Of a DNA stretch of 64,000 nucleotides, positions 19,943 to 28,988 are shown piece by piece. Every line of letters begins with the position of its first letter. Within the stretch, counting starts at the first letter, position 1. The stretch is taken from the NCBI GenBank assembly GCA_028705565.1, contig JAQWDH010000002.1:40262-104261 (forward strand). Direction: 5' to 3'. The notes beneath the pieces were generated by a model. That model did no database searches. It worked only from the letters and a program-made list of their open reading frames with translations, and had not been told where the DNA came from. The DNA comes from Patescibacteria group bacterium. GTDB lineage: Bacteria > Patescibacteriota > Patescibacteriia > Magasanikbacterales > GWA2-37-8. The position numbers were made by a program, and so were the translations under genes.

Positions 19943-21238
19943 ATGAAATTTTTTGAGACAATTCACCAAGACAAAAAAAGCCGCGCGCGAGCCGGCATAA
20001 TCCGCGCTGAACACGGCGATATTGAAACGCCGGTTTTTATGCCTGTCGGAACGCAGGCTGTCGTAAAAACTTTGGATAGCGAAGATTTGGAAAAAATCAA
20101 CGCGCAAATTATTTTGGGAAACACATATCATCTGCATCTTCGGTCCGGAGAAGATTTAATCGCGGAAATGGGCGGGCTTCACAAATTTATGAATTGGAAC
20201 AAACCGATTCTCACCGACTCGGGCGGTTTCCAAGTTTTCAGTTTAGGAAAATCATTATTACGACCCACATCTTGTAGAGAGTTGGGATACACCTCAAACA
20301 ATACAAAAATGGATTACAAATCTACCAACAAGGCAGATGGGAATTTCAACTGTCATTCCCGTGAAAACGGGAATCCAGACAATTTGGCGATGGATTCCCG
20401 CCTGCGCGGGAATGACAATACAAAATTGGTAAAAATTGACGACGATGGAGTGTCGTTTCGCTCGCACATTGACGGTTCAAAACATCGCTTTACTCCGGAG
20501 TCGGCGACTGAAATTCAAAATAAGCTCGGCGCTGATATTATTATGGCTTTTGACGAATGCACGCCGGATGAAGCGCCATACGAATACGCGCGGAAAGCGT
20601 TAGACCGCACGCACGACTGGGCGAAAAGATGCTTGGATTTTCATCAAAAAAACAAAAAAAACGAAAAACAATTTTTATTTGGCATCATTCAAGGCGCGAA
20701 GCATAAAGATTTAAGAGAAGAATCCGCCCATTTTATTTCTTCGCTTGATTTTGACGGCATTGCCATAGGCGGAGAATCAATCGGTTATAATATGGAGGCC
20801 ACAAAAGAAATAATGGATTGGGTAACGCCGATTATTCCGGAAAATAAACCGCGCTATACCATGGGTGTCGGACTTGACCCCGCTGATTTATTGCAAGTTG
20901 TGGAAAGCGGAGCAGATATGTTTGATTGCGTCGCCCCAACGCGATTAGCAAGGCATGGTGTGCTGTTTATCAGCGATAAAGCGGACTGTAAACATCGCCT
21001 AAACATTACCAACGCTCAATACACAAAAGACGCGAGTCCGATTGATGAAAAGTGCGAATGTCCTGTTTGTCTGAAATATACTCGCGCTTACATCCATCAT
21101 CTTTTTTTAGCCGATGAAATGACCGGCATGCGCCTCGCTTCAATCCATAACCTGTATTTTATGCTTGATTTAATGCGTAAAACCCGACAGGCGATTTTGG
21201 AAGACAATTTTATGGAATTTAAGAAAAAATGGAAATAA
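19943..21238 (+). CDS. tgt: Queuine tRNA-guanine transglycosylase with ~50-aa in-frame insertion
   Basis: TPVFMPVGT, LGNTYHL, LTDSGGFQVFSL, DMFDCVAPTR, C.CPVC zinc site. Confidence 0.97.
   Translation: MKFFETIHQDKKSRARAGIIRAEHGDIETPVFMPVGTQAVVKTLDSEDLEKINAQIILGNTYHLHLRSGEDLIAEMGGLHKFMNWNKPILTDSGGFQVFSLGKSLLRPTSCRELGYTSNNTKMDYKSTNKADGNFNCHSRENGNPDNLAMDSRLRGNDNTKLVKIDDDGVSFRSHIDGSKHRFTPESATEIQNKLGADIIMAFDECTPDEAPYEYARKALDRTHDWAKRCLDFHQKNKKNEKQFLFGIIQGAKHKDLREESAHFISSLDFDGIAIGGESIGYNMEATKEIMDWVTPIIPENKPRYTMGVGLDPADLLQVVESGADMFDCVAPTRLARHGVLFISDKADCKHRLNITNAQYTKDASPIDEKCECPVCLKYTRAYIHHLFLADEMTGMRLASIHNLYFMLDLMRKTRQAILEDNFMEFKKKWK
20351..20417. repeat. REP-like palindrome doublet inside the tgt coding sequence
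   Basis: TGTCATTCCCGTGAAAACGGGAATCCA...TGGATTCCCGCCTGCGCGGGAATGACA; translates as CHSRENGNPDNLAMDSRLRGND. Confidence 0.9.
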
Positions 21239-21242
21239 AAAT

Positions 21243-21722
21243 ATGCTTAATATAACTTTAATAACTCTCGGAAAACTCAAAGAAAAATACTGGCGCGACG
21301 CTGAAGCTGAATATATGAAACGATTGAAGCCATACGCCAAAATCACGATTCGCGAATTGAAAGAAGAATCTTTTTCCGAGAAAGACAACCATGAAACGAT
21401 AAAAAAGAAAGAAGCGGAAAAAATCGCGCGCGCTTTGAATTCATTAAAAAATAATTTTATTATTATCTTGGATGAACACGGACAAGAGTCTCCTTCTTTT
21501 GACTTCGCGCGAAATTTTGACGACGCGATGTCAAAACAATCCGGCAACGCCGTGTTTATCATCGGCGGACCTCTTGGATTGGACGAATCAATTTTAAAAC
21601 TCGCTCATCTCAAATTATCGCTATCCAAAATGACATTCACGCACCAAATGGCGAGAGTGTTTCTTTTGGAACAAATTTATCGCGCGATGATGATAAAACA
21701 AGGCAGAAAATACCATTATTGA
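21243..21722 (+). CDS. rlmH: 23S rRNA pseudouridine(1915)-N3 methyltransferase
   Basis: GKLKEKY, FIIGGPLG, LSKMTFTHQMARVFLLEQIYRA, YH. Confidence 0.96.
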   Translation: MLNITLITLGKLKEKYWRDAEAEYMKRLKPYAKITIRELKEESFSEKDNHETIKKKEAEKIARALNSLKNNFIIILDEHGQESPSFDFARNFDDAMSKQSGNAVFIIGGPLGLDESILKLAHLKLSLSKMTFTHQMARVFLLEQIYRAMMIKQGRKYHY

Positions 21723-21739
21723 CGGACGACGGACGTAAT

Positions 21740-21787
21740 TGTCATTCCCGCGAAAGCCATGCCTACCGGCAGGCAGGCGGAAATCCA
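21740..21787. repeat. REP-like palindrome with nested CCTACCGGCAGGCAGG mini-element
   Basis: GTCATTCCCGCGAAAGC[CATGCCTACCGGCAGGCAGGC]GGAAATCCA. Confidence 0.75.
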
Positions 21788-21893
21788 GAAACTTTGCTAA
21801 ATGACAATTGAAATGACAATCAAAATTATAGACAATCCCTTTAAAATCATCTACACTAAACATATCGCGAGACATTAAATATACAATATAAAT

Positions 21894-22871
21894 ATGCAAC
21901 GCATTTTATCCGGCATACAGCCGACAAACAAACTTCATCTCGGAAATTACCTGGGGGCCATAAAAAATTGGGTTAATTTGCAAAATCAATTTGAATGCTT
22001 TTTTTTCATTGTTGATTTGCATGCCATCACGGTAAAACAAGACCCAAAAATTCTGCGCGAAAACACATTGGATGTGATAAAAACATACATCGCTTTGGGC
22101 GTTAACCCGAAAAAATCCATAATTTTCGTTCAATCGGATATAAAAGAACACGCCGAACTCGCATGGATTTTAAATACCATCACAAAAATATCCGAATTGG
22201 AAAGGATGACTCAATTCAAGGATAAATCGCGCCAACACGCTGAAAACATTAATGTCGGGCTTTTTGCTTATCCGGTGTTGATGGCCGCGGATATTTTGCT
22301 TTATAACACAAATCTTGTGCCGGTTGGGGAAGACCAGACACAACATTTGGAGTTGTCTCGTCTTCTCGCTAATAGATTTAACCAATTATTCGGCGACACT
22401 TTCATTATTCCGGAACCGTTTATCGGAAAACAAGGAGCTCGCGTGATGGGTCTGGACGACCCGACAAAAAAAATGAGCAAAGGCGCTTCCTCGCCAAATA
22501 ATTATATCGCGCTTTTGGATGACCCGGATGTCGCGAGGAAAAAAATAATGAAAGCGGTAACCGACTCCGGCTCGGAAATTAAAGCGGCGGATAACAAACC
22601 CGCGCTCGCGAATCTTTTAACGATTTATTCTCTGCTCGCGGATAAAACAATCAAAGAAATTGAAAAAGAATACGCCGGACGCGGATACGCGGATTTTAAA
22701 AAAGGGCTGGCTGAAACTACTGTAAAATTCCTCGCGGATTTTCAAAAAAAATTCAACTCCATCGGCGACGCGGAGGCGAAAAAGATATTAAAAAGCGGAG
22801 CTGAAAAAGCGCGCTCTGTCGCATTTAAAAAAATGAAAGAAATTAAAGAAAAAATCGGCTTGGGTTTTTAA
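21894..22871 (+). CDS. trpS: Tryptophan--tRNA ligase
   Basis: SGIQPT..LHLGNYLGA, YPVLMAADIL, VPVGEDQ, KMSKG. Confidence 0.98.
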   Translation: MQRILSGIQPTNKLHLGNYLGAIKNWVNLQNQFECFFFIVDLHAITVKQDPKILRENTLDVIKTYIALGVNPKKSIIFVQSDIKEHAELAWILNTITKISELERMTQFKDKSRQHAENINVGLFAYPVLMAADILLYNTNLVPVGEDQTQHLELSRLLANRFNQLFGDTFIIPEPFIGKQGARVMGLDDPTKKMSKGASSPNNYIALLDDPDVARKKIMKAVTDSGSEIKAADNKPALANLLTIYSLLADKTIKEIEKEYAGRGYADFKKGLAETTVKFLADFQKKFNSIGDAEAKKILKSGAEKARSVAFKKMKEIKEKIGLGF

Positions 22872-22882
22872 TTTAAAAAAAT

Positions 22883-23284
22883 ATGAGTGAAAGAGAAAAT
22901 TTTAATTTTGAAAAAGAAAAATATAAAAAATTTCCGATAGACGAAATCGTTGATATTTTGGAAGAAACAAAAGAAATGAACGGAAAAACTGAAAAAGAAA
23001 TTATACGGCTCGCGAAAAATTACATTAAAGAATTGAGCGGCGGAAAAAAAATTGAAGAAATTTTGAAAGAAGCCAAGGAAATGATTGACCCGCGCGACCG
23101 CGAACATCCGGATAATGACGGCTCGCTCATGGCGGAAATTGAGATAATCCCTTTTAAAAATAAAGATATAAATGACACCACGGCGTCTTTTTTACTGCGT
23201 GAAAAAAATAATCCTCGGTTTAATGTCCAAAAAAATAAAGGATATATAATTATGGAAATTCCATACAACGATTTGCTTGATTGA
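22883..23284 (+). CDS. Hypothetical protein
   Basis: 133-aa ORF directly after trpS. Confidence 0.7.
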   Translation: MSERENFNFEKEKYKKFPIDEIVDILEETKEMNGKTEKEIIRLAKNYIKELSGGKKIEEILKEAKEMIDPRDREHPDNDGSLMAEIEIIPFKNKDINDTTASFLLREKNNPRFNVQKNKGYIIMEIPYNDLLD

Positions 23285-23321
23285 ATTTTATCGGGTTAAT
23301 TATTTAAATTTTTCAATTAAA

Positions 23322-23351
23322 ATAGGCCCGCCGAAACGGCAGGCCTTTTTT
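23322..23351. terminator. Intrinsic terminator between convergent genes
   Basis: AGGCC-CGCCG-AAA-CGGC-AGGCCT followed by a T run. Confidence 0.75.
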
Positions 23352-23352
23352 G

Positions 23353-24003
23353 TTATTTAAAATATTCCAGATAATCCGGAATTTTCGTTACAGGATTATC
23401 TGAAATAAATTCTTTGTCTTCCTCTTTTTCCGGAAGCCAGCAATTTTTAATTATTTTAATTTTTTTTCTTATTAAAATTTCTTTCAAAATACACTTAAGT
23501 TCCGAAGGGCTGTACGCTCCTCTCTTTATCCCTTCGTTTTTTATCAGATGTTCCATTAAAAAATACACGAATTTGTTGGCTTTTTTATCTTTATCTGTGT
23601 TTACGCCTTCTTTTTCCATTTTTTCCAACTCAATTAATTTTTTTTCAAGATAGAGAACTTCCGTCCCGAAAATGACACTCCAATAATATTCAAAAACATT
23701 ATTATCCTTATTACCCTTTGTAATTTGGGAGAATGTCCTTTCCCTAACGAGGTTTTCCACCTCAAATGGCGTTAGGTCGTACGACAATGGCGTTAGGTCA
23801 TACAACCACACCTTGAACAACCCGTGCCACGCCATATGGTGGCCTAAAAAAACTTCAATTATATTTTTTTTTGAATTTATTCCACCCCTGCACAACGGAA
23901 CACAATGATGTTCCGTTATAGTAGAGAGAAACCGCGGGATACTTACTTTTTTACGCTCTGGGCTTTTATTCTTCTTTGGTTTTTTTCTTCTACGCGTCAT
24001 CAT
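23353..24003 (-). CDS. Hypothetical protein (start set by AGGAGG SD)
   Basis: SD 4 nt before ATG; TEHH..PLCRGG..S..NI....GHH.AWH pattern loosely HNH-like. Confidence 0.65.
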   Translation of the reverse strand: MMTRRRKKPKKNKSPERKKVSIPRFLSTITEHHCVPLCRGGINSKKNIIEVFLGHHMAWHGLFKVWLYDLTPLSYDLTPFEVENLVRERTFSQITKGNKDNNVFEYYWSVIFGTEVLYLEKKLIELEKMEKEGVNTDKDKKANKFVYFLMEHLIKNEGIKRGAYSPSELKCILKEILIRKKIKIIKNCWLPEKEEDKEFISDNPVTKIPDYLEYFK

Positions 24004-24020
24004 TTTCCTCCTTTTCATTT

Positions 24021-24464
24021 TCAATCAAAAATTTTAAATTGTAGATAGTCCTCCAATACCTTTCCAACAACTTCAATTTTATTATCTGCCATAAATAACT
24101 TCCACCTTTTTTTAATCCCACTCTCCATATCAAATTCAATATGTCCGCCTGAAAATCCGATCCTCAAAATTAATCCGTCTTTCCCGTTTTTTTTGATATC
24201 CGCTAAAACATCGGTATTAACCATCTTCTCCGAGGAATATACTACATAAGAAACCACAGAAGAGCAGAAATCAGAAAAAAATTTCTCCACTTTAAAAATT
24301 TCTCCGTTCTGTTTGCCTACTGGCACTGAACAGCGAATTTCTATTTTTTTTCCGACAATTTCATTTAATTTCTTAAATTTTTTATTTGTTATTTCATTCA
24401 AAAACTCTACCAAAAATTTCTCCAGATCCTCGTTTTGTGATTCTTTGTTTTGTTCTTTTTTCAT
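24021..24464 (-). CDS. Hypothetical protein (alternative TTG start at 24509)
   Basis: GGAGG SD before both possible starts. Confidence 0.6.
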   Translation of the reverse strand: MKKEQNKESQNEDLEKFLVEFLNEITNKKFKKLNEIVGKKIEIRCSVPVGKQNGEIFKVEKFFSDFCSSVVSYVVYSSEKMVNTDVLADIKKNGKDGLILRIGFSGGHIEFDMESGIKKRWKLFMADNKIEVVGKVLEDYLQFKIFD

Positions 24465-24612
24465 TTTTTCCTCCAATTTTTGTCCGCCTTCAGCGGACTG
24501 ATTTTTCAAAGTTCTTCCTCCTTATTCGTTTCTAAACTTACACTGTATCGCGGATTGTGTCAATACAAGCCCTTGATTTTTTTATTTTTTCTGGTATTAT
24601 TTAATGGACGAT

Positions 24613-24686
24613 AGGGGGTTCGTATAGTGGCAGTACAGCGGTCTCCAAAACCGTTAGCGCGGGTTCGATTCCTGCACCCCCTGCCA
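24613..24686 (+). tRNA. tRNA-Trp(CCA)
   Basis: AGGGGGT/ACCCCCT acceptor stem, anticodon loop CTCCAAA, GGTTCGATTCC T arm, encoded CCA. Confidence 0.97.
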
Positions 24687-24690
24687 ATCA

Positions 24691-24724
24691 AAAAACCGTC
24701 CGGTAGAATGACCGGACGGTTTTT
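24691..24724. terminator. Bidirectional terminator after tRNA-Trp
   Basis: AAAAAACCGTCCGGT...ACCGGACGGTTTTT. Confidence 0.85.
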
Positions 24725-24751
24725 AGATTTTTACTTATTTTCTTCCGCTTC

Positions 24752-25303
24752 TTAAAATTTTTTTATTCTATTTCTAACCGATTCAACCACATCTTGAAAA
24801 TCCTTTTCTTCTTTCTCCTCGTCTCTTTTCTTTTTTTCTTCCGTTTCTTTTTGCGCTTCATTTTTTCTCTTGTCTTCCTCGTCTTTCTTTTTCTTTATCT
24901 CAATAAACGCCTCTTCTATCGCGTCTTCATCCGACTTTTCCGCTTCTTCCGTTTTTTTGTTCGCTTCTTCGGCTTGCCGCGCTTCATCTCTTAAAGAAAA
25001 ATTTTTTTCATTTTTTGTTTTATCTTCAAATAAAATACCAACATCGTCGCTTTTTTTTTCCAATCTCGGGTAAGATTTAAGCGGCCCGCCGATAATTTCT
25101 TCCACCTCTTTTTCTTTGGCGATTTTTTCCTCGGCTTTTTCCGCTTTTATTTTCATCGCCAATTTATCAGCTATTTCTTCCACGCTTTCCTCGGCTCTTA
25201 CGCCAACGCGTTTGTCATCTTCTTTTTGCGCGCCCATCATTTCTTTATCTTTTTTGCTTAAAAACTTTTCCAATCCCCTGTTTAAAAATTCTCCTATGGA
25301 CAT
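24752..25303 (-). CDS. Hypothetical highly charged protein
   Basis: 183-aa K/E-rich ORF. Confidence 0.7.
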   Translation of the reverse strand: MSIGEFLNRGLEKFLSKKDKEMMGAQKEDDKRVGVRAEESVEEIADKLAMKIKAEKAEEKIAKEKEVEEIIGGPLKSYPRLEKKSDDVGILFEDKTKNEKNFSLRDEARQAEEANKKTEEAEKSDEDAIEEAFIEIKKKKDEEDKRKNEAQKETEEKKKRDEEKEEKDFQDVVESVRNRIKKF

Positions 25304-25348
25304 ACTTTTATGGATTAAAAATAAATTATTCGTTGAATTCCATACAAT

Positions 25349-26191
25349 TTACTCGCCTAACTTATTAACATTTTTTAGCCCCTTCTTTTCATCGGATTTC
25401 AGTTTCCTATCAACTTTTTTTATATCTTCCTCAGCCGGTAAATTTTCCGGATAAATGCCTCTGGAAATTAAAGTTTTTCTAACCGACCGGCTGTTTGTAA
25501 TGTGTTCATCGGAAATTTGCATTTCGCTATTCAAACCTTTTTCTTTGGAATTAAAAATAGTAATCTCGGTGGCGAAATCTTTGGCTTTTAAAATAATGGT
25601 CGGCTGAAAATCAGCTAATGCTCGGCTGTCTGGAATTCCCAACCTATTTTTCATTTCTTGCGTGGTATAACCAAACAATGCCTTGTCGCCTTTGCTCCTG
25701 ATTAACCCAAAATTTTTATCGCTTCCGGTTTACTGGAAAATTACGCCTGAAAGTTCTTTTTCTGTTTCAGATAACTTTTGTCGCGCCAGCAACCGTTCCG
25801 AGTCCTGTATTCTTTTCTCTATAATCTCAAACTTTCTGGTTTGGACGGCAAAATATGTCTGAGCAAAGGCAATCTCTTCTTTCCGTGGGTCGCCATTTTG
25901 AGCTATGAGATAACAGGCATACCTGGTAAGCATTACATCAAGCACCTCTTTTTCCGCAGTTTTAGGCATTTTTATCGTTTTCCCGACATCGGCAAAATGA
26001 TCGGAGGTGGTCTGCCCGGATATTTCACAAGCCGTTTTCGCTTTAAAAATAACCTTCAAAAAATTATCCCACTTATCATATCCTAAAAGGTGTTGCAGGT
26101 CGCGCGCAAACCAAAATTCAATGCCATTTTCTGTCTTATTGATAAAAGATTCAAAATTTTGCGTTAGTGATTGTATGATTTGATGTTCCAT
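25349..26191 (-). pseudogene. dinD: DNA damage-inducible protein D (DinD/Bro-N-like) interrupted by one in-frame TAA
   Basis: EFWFARDLQHLLGY..W.NF, LTRYACYLIAQNGDPRK..IAFAQTYFAVQTR; frame continues past TAA at 25730-25732 as TGSDKNFGLIRSKGDKALFG...LADF..KDFATEIT. Confidence 0.85.
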
Positions 26192-26318
26192 GCTATTTTG
26201 ATTTCAAAAATAATTTTAAAATAGCGAAGGTAATCCGCAGTCCGCAGTCCGTTATTTATAATTCCTAGCGAGCCACAGGCGAAAGTTTACTTTCATCTGG
26301 GGCGAGCGACGGAATTTC

Positions 26319-26347
26319 AAGTGATGTCACGCGCCGTGACATCACTT
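26319..26347. repeat. Perfect hairpin AAGTGATGTCACG-CGC-CGTGACATCACTT
   Basis: 13-bp stem between the divergent dinD and rplA genes. Confidence 0.8.
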
Positions 26348-26360
26348 ATATTACACAATC

Positions 26361-26389
26361 TTGACAAAATCCGCAAACTGCGGTAAAAT
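26361..26389 (+). promoter_or_regulatory. rplA promoter
   Basis: TTGACA-17 bp-TAAAAT. Confidence 0.8.
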
Positions 26390-26411
26390 TAAACAAATAA
26401 TAAAATCAATA

Positions 26412-26448
26412 AGTGTGGGATCCCGACCATTCGGGAGTTTGCACCACT
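26412..26448 (+). promoter_or_regulatory. L1-binding autoregulatory leader
   Basis: GTGGGA-stem(TCCCGA/TCGGGA)-...ACCAC matches the established L1 mRNA target pattern, just upstream of rplA. Confidence 0.8.
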
Positions 26449-26463
26449 AATAAATTTAATAAT

Positions 26464-27141
26464 ATGTCCAAAAGAATGGATGCCTTAAGGGCAAAAATAG
26501 ACCAAAGTAAGGTCTATTCAATAGACGAGGCCGTAAAACTCGTCAAAGAAACATCCGGCGTTAAATTTGACGCGAGCGTTGAAGCGCACGCCAAACTCGG
26601 AATTGACCCGAAAAAAGGCGAACAGCAAATCCGCGCGAGCGTTAAACTTCCGCACGGCACTGGAAAAACCAAAAAAATCGCGGCTTTCGTTTCCGCTGAA
26701 AAAGAAAAAGAAGCGAAAGAAGCCGGGGCCGATTTGGTTTGCGGAGAAGAAGAAATTAAAAAAATAAAAGACACGGGCAAAATTGATTTTGAAATCGCCG
26801 TGACTACTCCGGATATGATGCCAAAAATGGCCGCCATCGCGAAAGTTCTTGGCCCGAAAGGTCTTATGCCGAGCCCAAAGACGGAAACCGTTAGCGCGAA
26901 TATCAAAAAAATGATTGAGGAATTGAAAAAAGGCAAAGCGACTTTTAAAAATGACGACTCCGCGAATATTCATCAAATTATAGGCAAGGTTAGCTTCTCG
27001 GAAAACCAACTAAAAGAAAACCTGGAAGCTTTCTTGGAAGCTTTAAAGAAAGCCAGACCGGCCACGACAAAAGGAACATATATAAAAAATTTGGTTATTT
27101 GTTCCGCGATGGGACCGTCAATAAAAATCTCAGCAAATTAA
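26464..27141 (+). CDS. rplA: 50S ribosomal protein uL1 (start set to MSKR)
   Basis: KFDASVE, LPHGTGK, LGPKGLMPSPK, MGPSIK. Confidence 0.98.
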   Translation: MSKRMDALRAKIDQSKVYSIDEAVKLVKETSGVKFDASVEAHAKLGIDPKKGEQQIRASVKLPHGTGKTKKIAAFVSAEKEKEAKEAGADLVCGEEEIKKIKDTGKIDFEIAVTTPDMMPKMAAIAKVLGPKGLMPSPKTETVSANIKKMIEELKKGKATFKNDDSANIHQIIGKVSFSENQLKENLEAFLEALKKARPATTKGTYIKNLVICSAMGPSIKISAN

Positions 27142-27158
27142 AGTTTTTATTACTCAAC

Positions 27159-27198
27159 AAAAACAACTCCCGAAAATAATTCGTGGGTTGTTTTTTTT
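27159..27198 (+). terminator. Terminator after rplA
   Basis: AAAACAAC..CGAA/TTCG..GTTGTTTTTTTT. Confidence 0.7.
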
Positions 27199-27258
27199 AT
27201 GTATTTTTTTTAAAATATGATATAGTATCTTAAATTATTATTTATCTGATTAAAAAAT

Positions 27259-27744
27259 ATGACAACCAAACAAAGGGAGGATAACATCTCCTGGGATGAA
27301 TGCTTTATGCGCATGGCGCATGTTATCGCCGGACGCTCAAAAGACCCTTCCACGCAAGCCGGCGCGGTTTTAGTTGACCAAAACAATGTGGTTTTCGGCC
27401 TCGGTTACAACGGATTTCCGCGTGGAACTGACAGTAATGCTTTTCCATGGGAACGTGAAGGAAATTTTTTGGACACCAAATATCCGTATGTCTGCCACGC
27501 CGAAGAAAACGCCGTTTATAATTCGCGAACCTCGGTTCACGGATGTAAAGTTTATTGCACTCTTTTTCCATGCAACGAATGCGCAAAGACGCTTATTCAA
27601 AACCATATCGTGGAAATTATTTTTGAAAGCGACAAACACCACGACCAAGATTCTTACATCGCTTCACGCAGGCTTTTGGATGCCGCCGGAGTAAAATACA
27701 GACAATATGTCTGCGCTTGGGAGAAAAAAATTCATAACTCATAA
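27259..27744 (+). CDS. dCMP deaminase (ComEB/DCTD family)
   Basis: RSKDPSTQ.GA, GYNGFP, HAEENA, PCNECAK. Confidence 0.95.
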   Translation: MTTKQREDNISWDECFMRMAHVIAGRSKDPSTQAGAVLVDQNNVVFGLGYNGFPRGTDSNAFPWEREGNFLDTKYPYVCHAEENAVYNSRTSVHGCKVYCTLFPCNECAKTLIQNHIVEIIFESDKHHDQDSYIASRRLLDAAGVKYRQYVCAWEKKIHNS

Positions 27745-27762
27745 TTCATTTCGCAAACGACT

Positions 27763-28338
27763 ATGCAAAAAATAATTTTGGGTTTTGTCGGCGACTTAGC
27801 GGCCGGCAAAGGCGCGATTTGTAAATATCTCAAAGAAAAATACGGCATAAATTCTTATCGCTTTTCCACTCCACTGCGCGATGTTTTGGACCGTCTTTAT
27901 GTTGAAAAAAATCGCGAAAATTTACAAAAACTTTCCACCGTGATTCGCGAAAATTTCAGCCAGGACATATTGAGCAAGATAATAGCGGAGGACGCTGTTA
28001 ATGATAAAAACGAAATTGTCGCCGTGGAAGGCATACGTCGGCCGAGCGATATAGTTTATTTGGAAAAAATAGACGGATTTCACCTTGTTTATATCACGGC
28101 GGAATCAAAACTGCGATGGGAACGTTTGGTAAAAAGAAACGAGAACCTTGGAGACGACAAAAAAACTTACGAAGAATTTTTGCGAGACGAACAAGCGGAG
28201 GCGGACCGACTGATTAAAGAACTCGGAAAAAAATGCGAATTTACAATCAACAATAATGGCAACTTCGGAGAACTTTATGAAAATTTGGAAAATATTTTAA
28301 ATTCTTTGAGAAAAAACGATTATGAAAATAAAAATTAA
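27763..28338 (+). CDS. P-loop nucleoside monophosphate kinase-like protein
   Basis: GFVGDLAAGKG Walker A, EGIRR, R..R.E lid; sits in a nucleotide metabolism cluster. Confidence 0.8.
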   Translation: MQKIILGFVGDLAAGKGAICKYLKEKYGINSYRFSTPLRDVLDRLYVEKNRENLQKLSTVIRENFSQDILSKIIAEDAVNDKNEIVAVEGIRRPSDIVYLEKIDGFHLVYITAESKLRWERLVKRNENLGDDKKTYEEFLRDEQAEADRLIKELGKKCEFTINNNGNFGELYENLENILNSLRKNDYENKN

Positions 28339-28759
28339 AAAACTTCGGGCTGATGCCGCCATGCCGACATACGCGCGGCCCGGGGATGCCGGTCTTGATT
28401 TATATTCGCTGGAAAATTACGAACTCCGACCGGGCGAAAGAAAAATTTTTGACCTCGGTTTTGCAATGGAATTTGAATTCGGATACGCCGCGATTATCAA
28501 AGACAAGGGTAGTTTGCCTAAAAACGGCGGTATCCACACGATGGGCGGAGTTTTTGACGCAGGTTATCGCGGAGAATACAATGTCCAATTGATAAATTTG
28601 GGAAACGAACCTTATAAAATTGAAAAAGGACAAAAAATCGCCCAGCTGATAATTTACCCGATTATTATCGCTGATTTGGAAGAAACCGATGAATTGTCGG
28701 AAAGCATTCGCGGAGACGGCCGTTTTGGCAGCACAGGAAAAAAAATTAACCAAAATTGA
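28322..28759 (+). CDS. dut: Trimeric dUTP diphosphatase
   Basis: DAGLDL, GVFDAGYRGE, KIAQL, RG.GRFGSTG. Confidence 0.96.
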   Translation: MKIKIKKLRADAAMPTYARPGDAGLDLYSLENYELRPGERKIFDLGFAMEFEFGYAAIIKDKGSLPKNGGIHTMGGVFDAGYRGEYNVQLINLGNEPYKIEKGQKIAQLIIYPIIIADLEETDELSESIRGDGRFGSTGKKINQN

Positions 28760-28784
28760 CAAAACGCTAAAAATATGCTATAAT
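28756..28784 (+). promoter_or_regulatory. Consensus promoter for a near-leaderless transcript
   Basis: TTGACA-17 bp-TATAAT with extended TG; ATG 8 nt after the -10. Confidence 0.8.
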
Positions 28785-28792
28785 TATGTTAT

Positions 28793-28972
28793 ATGGCTCA
28801 AACAGATGACAATATTAAAGAAAAAATCGCTGAACTGGAAGAGGCGTTGAAGGAATTTAAACAAAAAAACGCCGAGATAAGAAAAAAATGCCAAAATATC
28901 ATCAAAAAAGCGTATGGTGAGATTGATAAACAAAAAAAGGAGGATTTGGCCAAAAAAATAAAAAATTTATAA
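28793..28972 (+). CDS. 59-aa coiled-coil protein (absent from the ORF track)
   Basis: MAQTDDNIKEKIAELEEALKEFKQKNAEIRKKCQNIIKKAYGEIDKQKKEDLAKKIKNL; fills the gap after a consensus promoter. Confidence 0.75.
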   Translation: MAQTDDNIKEKIAELEEALKEFKQKNAEIRKKCQNIIKKAYGEIDKQKKEDLAKKIKNL

Positions 28973-28988
28973 ATATTATTTTAAACAT

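Noticed and set aside
23353-26191. Prophage or island integrated at tRNA-Trp
   Set aside because: No integrase, no duplicated tRNA 3' end and no phage structural genes were seen
26413-26463. GTG-start extension of rplA
   Set aside because: This stretch is the L1 leader hairpin; ATG 26464 fits the family
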